The notes: a model not told the origin generated them from the letters alone. 64,000 nt of DNA from Actinomycetota bacterium (GCA_947377725.1 CANCGX010000001.1:626-64625); one strand, 5' to 3'; counted from the stretch's first letter, positions 9,650 through 22,542 are shown. Translations and numbers: made by a program.

Positions 9650-10969
9650 ATGCTCGTTCATCGAAGCACGAAGCGTGGAGCGTTTGCAGTAGCTGTCGCT
9701 GCTGTTGCCGCTCTCGCAGTAAGCGCGCTACCAGCGCAAGCGTTTTCTCCTCGTTCTGAAGCAGGAGTAACGGCTACAACAATCAAACTCGGAATTACTG
9801 TCCCGCTTACTGGCGCAGCAGCTCCTGGCTACAACAAGGTGCCTTATGGCATGAAAGCTTATTTTGATTATGTAAACGATAACGGCGGAGTTAATGGTCG
9901 CAAGATCCAACTCGTAATCAAAGATGATGCCTATAGCCCAATCCTTGCAAAGTCAGTCACCAACGATTTGATTTTGAAAGATAAAGTTTTTGCTCTTGTT
10001 GGAACTCTAGGTACTGCCAACAACGAAGCAACCTCAAAATTTGTAAACGATAAAGGCGTTCCTCGTCTATTCGTTAACACCGGATTTAGCGGATTCGCTA
10101 ATACCAAGAAGTACCCAACCACGTATGCTCTTTTCCCTTCTTACTATATGGAAGCAAAAGCAATCGGTGGATACCTTGCAGATAAATTTGCAGGTAAGAA
10201 AGTCGCACTTATTTATCAGGATGACGACTTTGGAATTGATGCACTTGCTGGCTTCGCGCAAGTAGGTACAACATTCGTTGCAAAGATTCCTTACGCTTCA
10301 GGATCGCAAGCAGATCCAACAGTTGTTGGTAAGTGGATTTCAACCATCGTTTCTTCTGGCGCAGACACTGCAGTGGTATTTGGTGTATCAACTGCAACAG
10401 CTGCAGCTCTCGGTGGCGCATACAAGGCAGGTCTTGCTGGAAAAGTTCAGTGGATCCTTGGCTCAGTAGGCGCAGACCCAACAACAATTAAGACTCTCGT
10501 TCCAGCGGCGCTACCGCTTCTTAATGGCGCAATTGCTACCTCATTCCTACCTGCAGCTGCAGATACAAATGATGAGTATGTAAAGCAGTTCCAAGAGATC
10601 AACACCAAGTACAACAAGGGTGCAACTTTCGATAGCAATGTTCTGGTCGGAATGAATGCAGGAATGCTTACCGTACAAGCTCTACGAGCAGCGGGCGCAA
10701 ACCCAACTCGCGCAAAGCTGATGGCAGCGCTCAATACTTCAGGTTCAAAATTTGCAAGCGCAGGTTTTGCTCCTTTGGGTTGGTCAAAGACAAGCCACGT
10801 TGGTTACAACGGTTACTGGTTCGGTCGTTTAGCTGCTGACGGTTCACAAACTCCTGTTGATGGAGCCGGAAAGTATGTCTTGTACACAACAGATTCATCT
10901 AAGGGCGCTGTCGTGAAATCTGCGATTACTCGTCCAGCGATGCCAGCGAAGGGATTGCCAACTAACTAA
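9650..10969 (+). CDS. Liv-type (Peripla_BP_6-like) ABC substrate-binding protein, secreted
   Basis: Signal peptide ...AVSALPAQA, then IKLGITVPLTGAAAPGY...NGGVNGRKIQLVIKDDAYSP, the LivJ/K-like family pattern. GGAAGG lies upstream. Confidence 0.8.
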   Translation: MLVHRSTKRGAFAVAVAAVAALAVSALPAQAFSPRSEAGVTATTIKLGITVPLTGAAAPGYNKVPYGMKAYFDYVNDNGGVNGRKIQLVIKDDAYSPILAKSVTNDLILKDKVFALVGTLGTANNEATSKFVNDKGVPRLFVNTGFSGFANTKKYPTTYALFPSYYMEAKAIGGYLADKFAGKKVALIYQDDDFGIDALAGFAQVGTTFVAKIPYASGSQADPTVVGKWISTIVSSGADTAVVFGVSTATAAALGGAYKAGLAGKVQWILGSVGADPTTIKTLVPAALPLLNGAIATSFLPAAADTNDEYVKQFQEINTKYNKGATFDSNVLVGMNAGMLTVQALRAAGANPTRAKLMAALNTSGSKFASAGFAPLGWSKTSHVGYNGYWFGRLAADGSQTPVDGAGKYVLYTTDSSKGAVVKSAITRPAMPAKGLPTN

Positions 10970-12573
10970 TGAGCACTCAAATTAAATGGACTAAGAGAAT
11001 TGCAGTAGTTGGAGCGATCGCTCTTTCTTCTTTCGCAATTAATCTCGCACCAACTGCAGCGCAAGCAGCTCCTGCATGCGCAGTCGGCCCTGTTACTTCT
11101 TGCCAAGGCGCAACAAGCGACGGTGCTCCATATGTAATGCAGGTTCCAGGAAATTTCAACGGAACTGCATTCCTTTATTCTCACGGATATCGCTACAACG
11201 TGGCTCTTCCAGCACTTGGATACCCAGCAGTTTTGAATACACCTCAACCAGGACCTGTCGTTGGTTCAGATACTTCAGTAATTAAGTATCTACTTAGCCA
11301 CGGTTACGCAGTATTTGGTTCAGGCTTTGCTCGTCAAGGTTGGAATGCTGACTCTGGGGTTGCTACAGATGTTGAATTGATTTCAACATTCAAAACTCAA
11401 TTCCCTAAGACAACTCACGTTGTTGCGTGGGGAGAGTCTCTCGGTGGCTTCATGACACAAGTTTTGGCTGAAAAGCACCCAGAACTTATTTCAGCGGCTG
11501 CGCCATTATGTATGGCAACTAGCCAAGTTGAAGCTGAACTTACAATGGCTGGAGATTTCCTCTGGGGTCTCAAGACATTCTTTGATCCTTCAATTCAAGG
11601 TGGTAACTACAAGAACGCAACAGAATCGTTGCAGGATCTTGGCCGAGTCGTAACCTTGCTTACTGAATTGAAGTCATCTATTGCCACAGGCGTTTGGCCA
11701 TCTAAAACCCCTGCTGCAGTAAAGACAATGCTTGGCGCTATCCCGCCTCGCTCTGCTCTTCTACTTGTTGGTCTAATGTCGGGACTTCCAACTCAAAGTG
11801 CTCACTTTGATGGAAGCACTGGTCCTGGATCACCAAATTCATCTGCGTACACAAACTTTGCTCTTGCTGGTTCACCAGCACTCGCAGTTCTTGAAAACGG
11901 AGCCAGCGCTGCAGTTCTTGCAGTTCTTGCAACAGCAGACGTTGAACTACAAGCTGGCGGAACAATCTTTGATAATACAAAGACTGATTATGCAGCTCGT
12001 GTAGAAAGCGAAAAGGCAGTCTTCAGCTCAGGCTTGTCAGGCGCAACTGCAACAGCAGGAATGCTTGCTTATCTAGCTGCTGCACCTCGTGCGTCAGCAG
12101 ATCCAGCTTCAGTTGCAAAGATGCGCGCTCTTGCTTCGTATAAGGGCGTCATCAACGTTCCAACAATTACGATGGTTGGCGTAGCTGATCCAATTACTCC
12201 AGCAGGCGGTTCACAATGGCTTGCAAATCAGTATGCAGATCAATATGCGGCTGCAAAAGCTGCAGCTTTGAAAGCTAAAGCTAAGCGTCCAGCACCTGCA
12301 CTCACCTCAATCTGGGGTGTAACTCCAAACCATTACTCCAAGTTTGATGCAACTGGTTCACCAGATACATCAGGTGCGGCAGCAAATGGAACAAACCACT
12401 GTAACTTCACCGTTAAGCAATATATCGGTGTAGCAGATATGTTGGCTTCGGCAGCAACGAATGGTGTTCTTCCAAATCCTCAAACAATCAAGACAACCGT
12501 TCGCAAGATGGGTGGATCGATTGTGGATGCTAAGTTCGAACCAGCTCTTCCTAAGTTCTACCAGGAAGACTAA
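10969..12573 (+). CDS. secreted alpha/beta-fold serine hydrolase, family not recognised
   Basis: Signal peptide ...NLAPTAAQA/AP and nucleophile elbow WGESLGGF. Candidate Asp in VGVADPITP and candidate His in GTNHCNF. The ATG shares its A with the binding-protein stop (TAATG). Confidence 0.6.
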   Translation: MSTQIKWTKRIAVVGAIALSSFAINLAPTAAQAAPACAVGPVTSCQGATSDGAPYVMQVPGNFNGTAFLYSHGYRYNVALPALGYPAVLNTPQPGPVVGSDTSVIKYLLSHGYAVFGSGFARQGWNADSGVATDVELISTFKTQFPKTTHVVAWGESLGGFMTQVLAEKHPELISAAAPLCMATSQVEAELTMAGDFLWGLKTFFDPSIQGGNYKNATESLQDLGRVVTLLTELKSSIATGVWPSKTPAAVKTMLGAIPPRSALLLVGLMSGLPTQSAHFDGSTGPGSPNSSAYTNFALAGSPALAVLENGASAAVLAVLATADVELQAGGTIFDNTKTDYAARVESEKAVFSSGLSGATATAGMLAYLAAAPRASADPASVAKMRALASYKGVINVPTITMVGVADPITPAGGSQWLANQYADQYAAAKAAALKAKAKRPAPALTSIWGVTPNHYSKFDATGSPDTSGAAANGTNHCNFTVKQYIGVADMLASAATNGVLPNPQTIKTTVRKMGGSIVDAKFEPALPKFYQED

Positions 12574-12611
12574 TTTCTAACCGGCATATAACCGGATGTA
12601 AGTAAGTAGTG

Positions 12612-12640
12612 AAAGGGCTCCAGGTGACTGGGGCCCTTTT
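12612..12640 (+). terminator. intrinsic terminator of the liv-hydrolase operon
   Basis: AAAGGGCTCC (12612-12621), loop AGGTGACT, GGGGCCCTTT (12630-12639), then T. This gives a 10-bp stem with one G-U pair and a U-rich tail. Confidence 0.8.
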
Positions 12641-12651
12641 CATGTTCCGGG

Positions 12652-12657
12652 TAACCT
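12652..12657 (+). promoter_or_regulatory. -10-like TAACCT 6 nt upstream of the tsaE ATG (leaderless promoter candidate)
   Basis: TANNNT followed by tgccta and then ATG 12664. No SD. Confidence 0.5.
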
Positions 12658-12663
12658 TGCCTA

Positions 12664-13107
12664 ATGCCGACAGATGTGAACTCCCTTGATGAAATGCATG
12701 GTCTTGGCTTGGCGGTTGGCGGCAAATTATCTCGAGGCGACATTCTCTTACTAAATGGAACTCTCGGAGCTGGCAAGACCAGTTTGGTTCAAGGAATAGG
12801 AGAAGCACTTGGAATTACGGGAGTTACGTCTCCAACATTCGTAATCTCTCGAACATACCCAGGATCGATTCCGCTCATCCATGTCGATGCATATCGATTA
12901 GTCGGAGAGCCGTGGGCCCTCTTTGATGACTTGGACTTAGAAAGCCAAAGTCCAGAATCGATAACAGTTATTGAATGGGGCGATGGTTTTGTCGAAAGAA
13001 TTGCCGACGAATATTTGGAAATAAAAATTGAATTTGGCGAAGCCGATGATCAACGAATTGTCACATTTATTCCACATGGGCAGCGTTGGTCGGGATTCAC
13101 TTTATGA
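12664..13107 (+). CDS. tsaE: tRNA t6A37 biosynthesis ATPase TsaE
   Basis: P-loop GTLGAGKTSLVQG and ...IHVDAYRL. 147 aa, with the conserved position before tsaB. Confidence 0.9.
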   Translation: MPTDVNSLDEMHGLGLAVGGKLSRGDILLLNGTLGAGKTSLVQGIGEALGITGVTSPTFVISRTYPGSIPLIHVDAYRLVGEPWALFDDLDLESQSPESITVIEWGDGFVERIADEYLEIKIEFGEADDQRIVTFIPHGQRWSGFTL

Positions 13108-14090
13108 GTACCGTACTTGCAATTGATACGGCGACATCACGGACGACTGTTGCGTTAGTAAAAGATGGAGGAGTGGTTTTAGAACTGCACCATGATGATC
13201 CAATTGCCCACGGTGAAGTTTTACCTCGCCTTGTTGCACAATTGTTAGAAGTTGAGAATTCGATTGATGAAGTAGTTATTGGCATGGGTCCAGGTCCATT
13301 CACCGGTTTGCGAGTTGGAATAGTTTTTGGTCAATCCTTTGCGTTTGCAAGGAATATCCCATGGCGCGGAGTCTGCTCGCTTGATTCCATGGCAGCACAA
13401 ATTGATAGCGATGATTTTATAGTTGCAATCGATGCAAGGCGAAAAGAATTTTTCTGGGCTCATTTTATTGATGGCCAGCGCATTACTGAGCCACAAGTTG
13501 CTTTAAGGCAAGTCCTTGAGAAATTTACATCGCCCATTCACAAAGAAGGGGATATCTATCCCTCTGCAAAATATATGCCAGCCATCACTGGTGATATCCG
13601 CGAACCAATTTATGTAAGACGCCCGGATGCATATCCCTCTCCTGCTGGTGTGACATTTCGACCAATGAACGCGTTGGATTTACCTGTTGTTGCATCGCTA
13701 GAGAAGTCGATTTATGCAGGCGAAGATCCATGGAGCATTGCTCAATTTAAAGAAGAATTAGGTGGCCCAGATCGCCACTATCTCGTTGCTGAAAAAGCAG
13801 GCGTTGTTGGGGGGTATTGCGGTGTGATGATTGCTGGTGATGTGGCAGATATCCTGACAATTACAGTGGATCCAGCGCTTCGCCGCCAAGGAATTGGCCG
13901 TGAATTTCTCAAACGAATGATCGATTGGTCTCGAAATAAAAAGGTCGAAGCCATGATGCTTGAGGTTCGTGTTGGGAACGATGCAGCGCAACCTTTATAC
14001 ACCGCAAATGGCTTCTATCCACTCAATATTCGCAATGATTACTACGGACCTGGTCTTGCAGCACTTGTCATGCGAAAGGAGCTGCGATGA
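13104..14090 (+). CDS. tsaB: TsaB (t6A37 protein) fused in frame to RimI-type N-acetyltransferase
   Basis: N-terminal half is [16 protein letters not shown]...[11 protein letters not shown]...PIYVRRPDA (TsaB). After linker YPSPAGV comes a GNAT with [10 protein letters not shown] (RimI-like). ATG 13104 overlaps the tsaE stop (ATGA). Confidence 0.85.
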   Translation: MSTVLAIDTATSRTTVALVKDGGVVLELHHDDPIAHGEVLPRLVAQLLEVENSIDEVVIGMGPGPFTGLRVGIVFGQSFAFARNIPWRGVCSLDSMAAQIDSDDFIVAIDARRKEFFWAHFIDGQRITEPQVALRQVLEKFTSPIHKEGDIYPSAKYMPAITGDIREPIYVRRPDAYPSPAGVTFRPMNALDLPVVASLEKSIYAGEDPWSIAQFKEELGGPDRHYLVAEKAGVVGGYCGVMIAGDVADILTITVDPALRRQGIGREFLKRMIDWSRNKKVEAMMLEVRVGNDAAQPLYTANGFYPLNIRNDYYGPGLAALVMRKELR

Positions 14091-15112
14091 GCCAGCCCCT
14101 TGTTTTAGGAATCGAAACTTCGTGCGATGAAACTGCAATTGGAATCGTTCGCGGACGCACTCTGCTTGCAAATGTAATTTCATCTAGCGTGGAAGAGCAT
14201 GCACGGTTTGGTGGAGTAGTACCAGAAATCGCAAGCCGTGCTCACTTGGAATCTATCCATTCGGTTCTAACTCGCGCTTTGTCGGATGCAAAAGTATCGC
14301 TCAGTGACATCGATGCATTTGGCGTAACAGCAGGGCCCGGCTTAATCGGCGCACTTCTTGTTGGAGTTAGTTCTGCATCTGGATTATCACTTGCATTGAA
14401 TAAACCGTTGTATGGAGTCAATCATCTTTCTGCGCATTTGGCCGTTGATGCTCTGAATTCAGATCATTCGCTAAATCCGGCAATTGGATTACTCGTAAGT
14501 GGTGGGCATAGTTCAATCTTGAAAATTTCTAACTTCTCTTCGGATGTGAGAGTTATTGGTTCAACACTTGACGATGCAGCTGGCGAAGCTTTCGATAAAA
14601 TCGCTCGAATTTTAAAGTTGGATTTTCCAGGTGGACCCGCCATAGATCGAATCTCGAAGGAGGGTGATGCGCTTGCTATCGATTTCCCTCGCGGTCTCAC
14701 CAGCGATTCAGAACATCTCTACGATTTTTCTTTCTCAGGGTTGAAGACTGCAGTATCTCGATACCTCCAAAAAGTCCCAGAATCGAAAGTTGCAGATGTC
14801 GCAGCTTCTTTCCAAGAGGCTGTCGTGGATGTGCTGTTGGCGAAGGCGTTAGCCGCAGCCAAATCCGAGGGCATGGAGAGTTTGATCATTGCCGGGGGAG
14901 TCGCGGCCAATTCCAGATTGCGGGAAGTTGCCGCCCAAAGGTGCGCAAAGGCGGGTATCTCCCTTCGAATCCCTCCGATGGCTCTTTGCACAGATAACGG
15001 GGCCATGGTGGCCGCTTTGACCTCTTTAGCGGTCTCCGAAGGCGTTTGCGCCTCATCTTTAGGCTTGGAAGCCCAATCTTCGTCGGGCTTGGATCGAGTT
15101 TTCTGGCCCTAA
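14087..15112 (+). CDS. tsaD: tRNA N6-adenosine threonylcarbamoyltransferase TsaD
   Basis: [16 protein letters not shown] and GVAANSRLR motifs. ATGA overlap with the upstream gene. Confidence 0.95.
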   Translation: MSQPLVLGIETSCDETAIGIVRGRTLLANVISSSVEEHARFGGVVPEIASRAHLESIHSVLTRALSDAKVSLSDIDAFGVTAGPGLIGALLVGVSSASGLSLALNKPLYGVNHLSAHLAVDALNSDHSLNPAIGLLVSGGHSSILKISNFSSDVRVIGSTLDDAAGEAFDKIARILKLDFPGGPAIDRISKEGDALAIDFPRGLTSDSEHLYDFSFSGLKTAVSRYLQKVPESKVADVAASFQEAVVDVLLAKALAAAKSEGMESLIIAGGVAANSRLREVAAQRCAKAGISLRIPPMALCTDNGAMVAALTSLAVSEGVCASSLGLEAQSSSGLDRVFWP

Positions 15113-15122
15113 TTTCTCATAG

Positions 15123-15128
15123 TAGAGT
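15123..15128 (+). promoter_or_regulatory. -10-like TAGAGT of the groES-groEL promoter
   Basis: A TANNNT hexamer placed so that the predicted start falls at the first bases of the CIRCE element. Confidence 0.4.
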
Positions 15129-15133
15129 CTGCT

Positions 15134-15160
15134 TTAGCACTCTCGCCGTGACACTGCTAA
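15134..15160 (+). promoter_or_regulatory. CIRCE-like HrcA operator (imperfect)
   Basis: TTAGCACTC-N9-CACTGCTAA compared with consensus TTAGCACTC-N9-GAGTGCTAA. The outer 6 bp are perfectly inverted and 2 inner positions differ. Sits directly upstream of groES. Confidence 0.65.
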
Positions 15161-15225
15161 CTACCTAGTTTCCAGTAGATATCCGGTGAGGGGTAGAAAA
15201 CCAGCTACTAGAAAGAGAAACCATT

Positions 15226-15519
15226 ATGGCAATTTCCATCAAGCCACTTGAAGATCGCGTCGTTGTAAAGACAAACGAAGCTGAACAGAAGACCGCATCA
15301 GGTCTTGTCATTCCAGATACTGCTCAAGAAAAGCCACAAGAGGGAACAGTTGTTGCTGTAGGCCCAGGTCGTTTTGATGACGGTGCTCGCGTTCCAATGG
15401 ATATCAAAGTTGGCGATGTAGTTCTGTACAGCAAGTACGGCGGCACAGAAGTTAAAGCTGCTGGCGAAGAATATTTAGTTCTATCTGCTCGCGACATTCT
15501 CGCGATAATCGAGAAGTAA
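15226..15519 (+). CDS. groES: co-chaperonin GroES
   Basis: [11 protein letters not shown]...[25 protein letters not shown]. 97 aa. Confidence 0.97.
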   Translation: MAISIKPLEDRVVVKTNEAEQKTASGLVIPDTAQEKPQEGTVVAVGPGRFDDGARVPMDIKVGDVVLYSKYGGTEVKAAGEEYLVLSARDILAIIEK

Positions 15520-17160
<1,641 letters not shown>

Positions 17161-17186
17161 TTGGTGCCACCAATTGGTAATTGAAT

Positions 17187-17224
17187 CAACCCCCGTTCTA
17201 TTGCAGAACGGGGGTTGTTTTTTT
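17187..17224 (+). terminator. intrinsic terminator after groEL
   Basis: CAACCCCCGTTCT (17187-17199), loop ATTGC, AGAACGGGGGTTG (17205-17217), then T7. Confidence 0.9.
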
Positions 17225-17243
17225 CTTACTCGCGAGTTCCCAC

Positions 17244-18380
<1,137 letters not shown>

Positions 18381-18394
18381 TCACGATAAACGGG

Positions 18395-19513
18395 ATGGTA
18401 AATATGGAAATCGAAATTGGACCCGGTAAAAGAGCGCGTCAGGCGTATTCTTTTGACGACATCGCAATCGTTCCAAGTCGCCGCACTCGTGATCCAAAAG
18501 AGGTCTCAACGCAGTGGCAGATTGATGCATACAAGTTTGATTTACCAATGCTCGCAGCACCTATGGATTCAGTCGTCTCTCCAGAGACAGCAATCGCTAT
18601 TGGTCGCTTAGGCGGGGTCGGTGTACTTAATCTTGAAGGTTTATGGACACGTCACGAAAATCCTCGCATAGCACTTGGTGAAATTTCATCACTTCCGCAG
18701 GAACAAGCGATTCGTCGTATGCAAGCGCTTTACGCGGCTCCTATTCAACCTGAACTTATCAAGTCTCGTATTGCAGAAATTCGTGCAGCTGGAGTAACCG
18801 TCGCAGGCGCTCTATCTCCTGCTCGCACCGCAGAATTTCATAAAGTAGTTGTCGACGCCGGCGTAGATATTTTCGTCATACGCGGAACAACAGTGAGTGC
18901 TGAGCATGTAGCTACTGAAAATGCACCACTTAATCTTAAGAAGTTTATTTACGATTTGGATGTTCCTGTCATTGTTGGTGGATGTGCGACAGGGCAAAGT
19001 GCGCAACATTTAATGCGTGCTGGCGCTGCCGGCGTTCTGGTCGGGTTTGGTGGAGGTTCAGCCCACACAACTCGTAACGTTCTTGGAATCGAAGTCCCAA
19101 TGGCTTCCGCTGTTGCTGATGTTGCATCTGCACGACGTGATTACATGGACGAATCTGGCGGTCGATATGTTCACGTGATTGCCGACGGATCTGTTGGTAA
19201 GAGCGGAGATATTGCAAAAGCGATTGCCTGTGGCGCAGATGCAGTAATGATGGGTTCACCGCTTGCCAAAGCTGCTGAAGCTCCAGGCATGGGTTGGCAT
19301 TGGGGAATGGAAGCAGCTCACGAAGAGCTTCCACGCGGAAATCGTGTTCATGTTGGAACGGTCGGCACACTCCAAGAGATTCTTACTGGCCCATCGCACA
19401 CCGCTGATGGTTCGATGAATCTTTTCGGTGCCTTGCGTCGAGCTATGGCGACTTCGGGATACTCCGAACTCAAAGAGTTCCAACGCGTAGAGGTAGTTAT
19501 AAACCGTGCTTGA
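18395..19513 (+). CDS. GuaB3-type IMPDH-related protein
   Basis: 372 aa, ...[25 protein letters not shown].... Has the length, lack of CBS, and position next to guaB seen for mycobacterial GuaB3. An in-frame ATG at 18404 is an alternative start. Confidence 0.8.
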   Translation: MVNMEIEIGPGKRARQAYSFDDIAIVPSRRTRDPKEVSTQWQIDAYKFDLPMLAAPMDSVVSPETAIAIGRLGGVGVLNLEGLWTRHENPRIALGEISSLPQEQAIRRMQALYAAPIQPELIKSRIAEIRAAGVTVAGALSPARTAEFHKVVVDAGVDIFVIRGTTVSAEHVATENAPLNLKKFIYDLDVPVIVGGCATGQSAQHLMRAGAAGVLVGFGGGSAHTTRNVLGIEVPMASAVADVASARRDYMDESGGRYVHVIADGSVGKSGDIAKAIACGADAVMMGSPLAKAAEAPGMGWHWGMEAAHEELPRGNRVHVGTVGTLQEILTGPSHTADGSMNLFGALRRAMATSGYSELKEFQRVEVVINRA

Positions 19514-21074
19514 TGCGCAAAGTGATAACGAGACGGTTCTCGTTGTAGATTTTGGCGCGCAGTACGCCCAATTAATCGCTCGACGAGTGCGTCAAGCAAA
19601 TGTGTATTCAGAAATTATTCCTTCTTCTATGCCTGTTTCAGAAATTCTCGCAAAGAAACCGAAGGCAATTATTCTCTCTGGCGGCCCATCAAGTGTTTAT
19701 GCTCCTGGTGCGCCAACCTTGGATGCGGCAATATTTGAACACGGAATTCCCGTATTTGGAATTTGTTATGGATTTCAAGTGATGGCATCAGCACTCGGAG
19801 GTGTCGTAACCGAGACAGGTAAATCTGAATTTGGTCGAACAGCTCTTCAGCATGATGCGAAGTCAAAACTCTTAAATGGTTTACCTGGCGAATTTAATGT
19901 TTGGATGAGTCATGGTGATAGCGTCACTGAAGTCCCAGCAGGATTTACTGCCACGGCAAAAACTCTCGACACCCCAATTATCGCTTTTGAAAATGAAAGT
20001 GGTTCTCTTGCTGGAGTTCAATATCACCCAGAAGTTTTGCACTCCGAACACGGCCAAGAAATTCTACGTCGTTGGTTGATTGACATTGTTGGCTGCAAAC
20101 CAACATGGACTAGTGAAAATATTGTTTCGCAGGAAGTCGAGAAAATTCGCGCAACTGTTGGAACAAGTCGAGTTATATGTGGCCTCTCTGGCGGCGTGGA
20201 TTCAGCGGTTGCTGCAGCCATCGTTCAGAAAGCTATTGGATCTCAACTCACATGTGTCTTTGTAGATCACGGTCTACTTCGCGAAGGTGAAGCAGAACAA
20301 GTCGAGAAAGATTTCGTCGCCGCAACTGGCGTAGATCTTATGATTGTTGATGCTCGCGAAAAATTTCTCAAAGCACTTGCTGGTGTTACGGATCCCGAAG
20401 CAAAACGTAAAATTATTGGCGCAGAATTCATTCGTTCATTCGAGGAAGCTGCTCGGGAATTAACAGCTGCTAAACCAGCTGCAATTGATTTCTTAGTTCA
20501 AGGAACCTTGTATCCAGATGTCGTTGAATCTGGGGGCGGAACTGGAACTGCAAATATAAAGTCGCATCACAATGTTGGTGGCTTACCCGATGACCTTCAA
20601 TTCACCTTGATTGAGCCACTTCGTACGCTCTTTAAGGACGAGGTGCGCGAAGTTGGACTGCAATTAGGACTTCCAGGAGAGATTGTGTGGCGTCAACCAT
20701 TCCCAGGTCCGGGCTTAGCTATTCGCATAGTCGGTGAAGTTACTGAGAATAGACTGACAATTCTTCGAAAAGCCGATTCCATCGCTCGATATGAATTAAA
20801 ATCAGCACAGTTGGATCGAGAGATTTGGCAGTGCCCTGTAGTTCTACTTGCGGATGTCCGCAGTGTTGGAGTGCAAGGGGACGGAAGAACGTATGGACAT
20901 CCCATAGTTCTGCGCCCAGTTTCAAGTGAAGATGCGATGACAGCAGATTGGAGTCGACTCCCATACGATGTATTGGAGAAGATTTCAACTCGCATCACCA
21001 ATGAGGTTCGCGAAGTAAATCGAGTAGTGCTCGACGTTACAAGTAAACCTCCCGGCACCATTGAGTGGGAATAG
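19506..21074 (+). CDS. guaA: GMP synthase (glutamine-hydrolysing)
   Basis: GATase N-terminal domain (GICYGFQ), PP-loop SGGVDSAV, and C-terminal ...[12 protein letters not shown] start overlaps the upstream stop. Confidence 0.95.
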   Translation: MLDAQSDNETVLVVDFGAQYAQLIARRVRQANVYSEIIPSSMPVSEILAKKPKAIILSGGPSSVYAPGAPTLDAAIFEHGIPVFGICYGFQVMASALGGVVTETGKSEFGRTALQHDAKSKLLNGLPGEFNVWMSHGDSVTEVPAGFTATAKTLDTPIIAFENESGSLAGVQYHPEVLHSEHGQEILRRWLIDIVGCKPTWTSENIVSQEVEKIRATVGTSRVICGLSGGVDSAVAAAIVQKAIGSQLTCVFVDHGLLREGEAEQVEKDFVAATGVDLMIVDAREKFLKALAGVTDPEAKRKIIGAEFIRSFEEAARELTAAKPAAIDFLVQGTLYPDVVESGGGTGTANIKSHHNVGGLPDDLQFTLIEPLRTLFKDEVREVGLQLGLPGEIVWRQPFPGPGLAIRIVGEVTENRLTILRKADSIARYELKSAQLDREIWQCPVVLLADVRSVGVQGDGRTYGHPIVLRPVSSEDAMTADWSRLPYDVLEKISTRITNEVREVNRVVLDVTSKPPGTIEWE

Positions 21075-21100
21075 TGAAAATTAGGATTGGACGTAAGTAA

Positions 21101-21808
21101 ATGTTGAGCTCGAAGAAGATCGTTGCAGCAGTGGTGGTTTCCCTCATTGCTTCTCTTGCGCTTTCAAGTGCATCTTATGCAAAAGATAATAAGACAACGA
21201 TGGCGAGTGGCAAGGCAAAAATGGGTATGAGTGCAAAAGGTGTTTGTGCTGCGACTACGGCTTATGCGCACAAAGAGCCCCAGATCCAACCTCCTGCAGT
21301 AAAACTTCCCGTGAAGAATCGCACTATTACTTTTGAGACAAATTGTGGGCAGATCGTTATTGAAGCAGATGGTGCAAACGCACCACTTACTGTTCTAGTC
21401 ATGACCACTCTTGCAAAAGGTGGATATTTCAACAGAACACTCTGTCATCGACTAACGACTAGCGGCCTTTATGTTTTGCAATGTGGCGATCCGACTGCAA
21501 CTGGTTCAGGCGGCCCACGATTTACTTACGACAACGAAAATCTCCCTGATCAAATCACGAATAACTATCCTGCCGGAACAGTGGCAATGGCTAATTCAGG
21601 CTTGACTTCAAGTGGCCATGGCACAAACGGAAGCCAATTCTTCCTGGTGTATGCAGATACAACGCTTGGTGCTAACTACACGCGTTGGGGCAAGATTGTG
21701 AAGGGTCTAGATATTCTCAAAGCTGTTGCTGCGCAAGGAGTACTTGGCGGCGGAACAGATGGCACTCCAAAACAATCTGTTGGGATTGAAAAGGTTTCCG
21801 TAAAATAA
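21101..21808 (+). CDS. secreted cyclophilin-type peptidyl-prolyl cis-trans isomerase
   Basis: Signal peptide ...LSSASYA/KD. Cyclophilin motifs FHRL-like CHRLTTSG, QCGDPTATGSGGP, MANSG...GTNGSQFF. Confidence 0.85.
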   Translation: MLSSKKIVAAVVVSLIASLALSSASYAKDNKTTMASGKAKMGMSAKGVCAATTAYAHKEPQIQPPAVKLPVKNRTITFETNCGQIVIEADGANAPLTVLVMTTLAKGGYFNRTLCHRLTTSGLYVLQCGDPTATGSGGPRFTYDNENLPDQITNNYPAGTVAMANSGLTSSGHGTNGSQFFLVYADTTLGANYTRWGKIVKGLDILKAVAAQGVLGGGTDGTPKQSVGIEKVSVK

Positions 21809-21809
21809 A

Positions 21810-22535
21810 TTATGCGGTTGCGACTACGCGGTAAGTTTCTGCGTAGCTGCCTTCGGGCAATCCTTGGCTTTCAGCGTTTCGAAGTCCCCATTCGCGAACA
21901 CGATCATCTAACTCTGGACTGTGCTCCGTCTGACTTACATGGGCACGAATTGCTTGCAGTTTGAGGTCAATTGTTGATGAGATATCAACATGATGATTTA
22001 CAACATTCGGAGACATCACCCAAACTTCACTTACTGTCCAAGGCTCTAGACCTTCATTTTTAAGTAAGTCCTCAAAGGCAAAGGGATTTCCCGCGTCAGG
22101 ATAAACAGCTTGCATCGCAGCTTCAGCTGCAGCCATATGATCAGGATGGCTTGAGAAAATTCTCTCCCAATTTCGCTCTGGATTCTGAATGACCATTCTC
22201 TGAGGGCGAACTTTGCGAATTGCTCTGACAATTTCTTTACGAAGTTCAATCGTCGCTACCAAGTGACCATCGACATAATTGAGGAAATTGATATCTGTGA
22301 CGCCTAAAACCTTACCTGCATCACGCTGCTCTTTTTGTCGAATCTTTGGCATTTCAGTACGCGGTATTGATGGATCAACGCCACCTTGGTCTCCATTTGT
22401 ACAGACAAAATATGAAACTTCGATTCCTTTTTCAGTCCACTGTGGAATGGTTCCGCCGGCACCAAAATCAAGGTCATCTGGATGGGCTGTCACAAAGAGA
22501 ATTCGTTCAATTTCGCTGTCATCGATAGGAGGCAT
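21810..22535 (-). CDS. PIG-L/LmbE-family deacetylase
   Basis: ILFVTAHPDDLDFGAGG motif. I chose ATG 22535 (TAACCT -10-like box 7 nt upstream). The longer GTG 22568 form would overlap pcrA head to head. Confidence 0.75.
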   Translation of the reverse strand: MPPIDDSEIERILFVTAHPDDLDFGAGGTIPQWTEKGIEVSYFVCTNGDQGGVDPSIPRTEMPKIRQKEQRDAGKVLGVTDINFLNYVDGHLVATIELRKEIVRAIRKVRPQRMVIQNPERNWERIFSSHPDHMAAAEAAMQAVYPDAGNPFAFEDLLKNEGLEPWTVSEVWVMSPNVVNHHVDISSTIDLKLQAIRAHVSQTEHSPELDDRVREWGLRNAESQGLPEGSYAETYRVVATA

Positions 22536-22542
22536 AGAGCGA

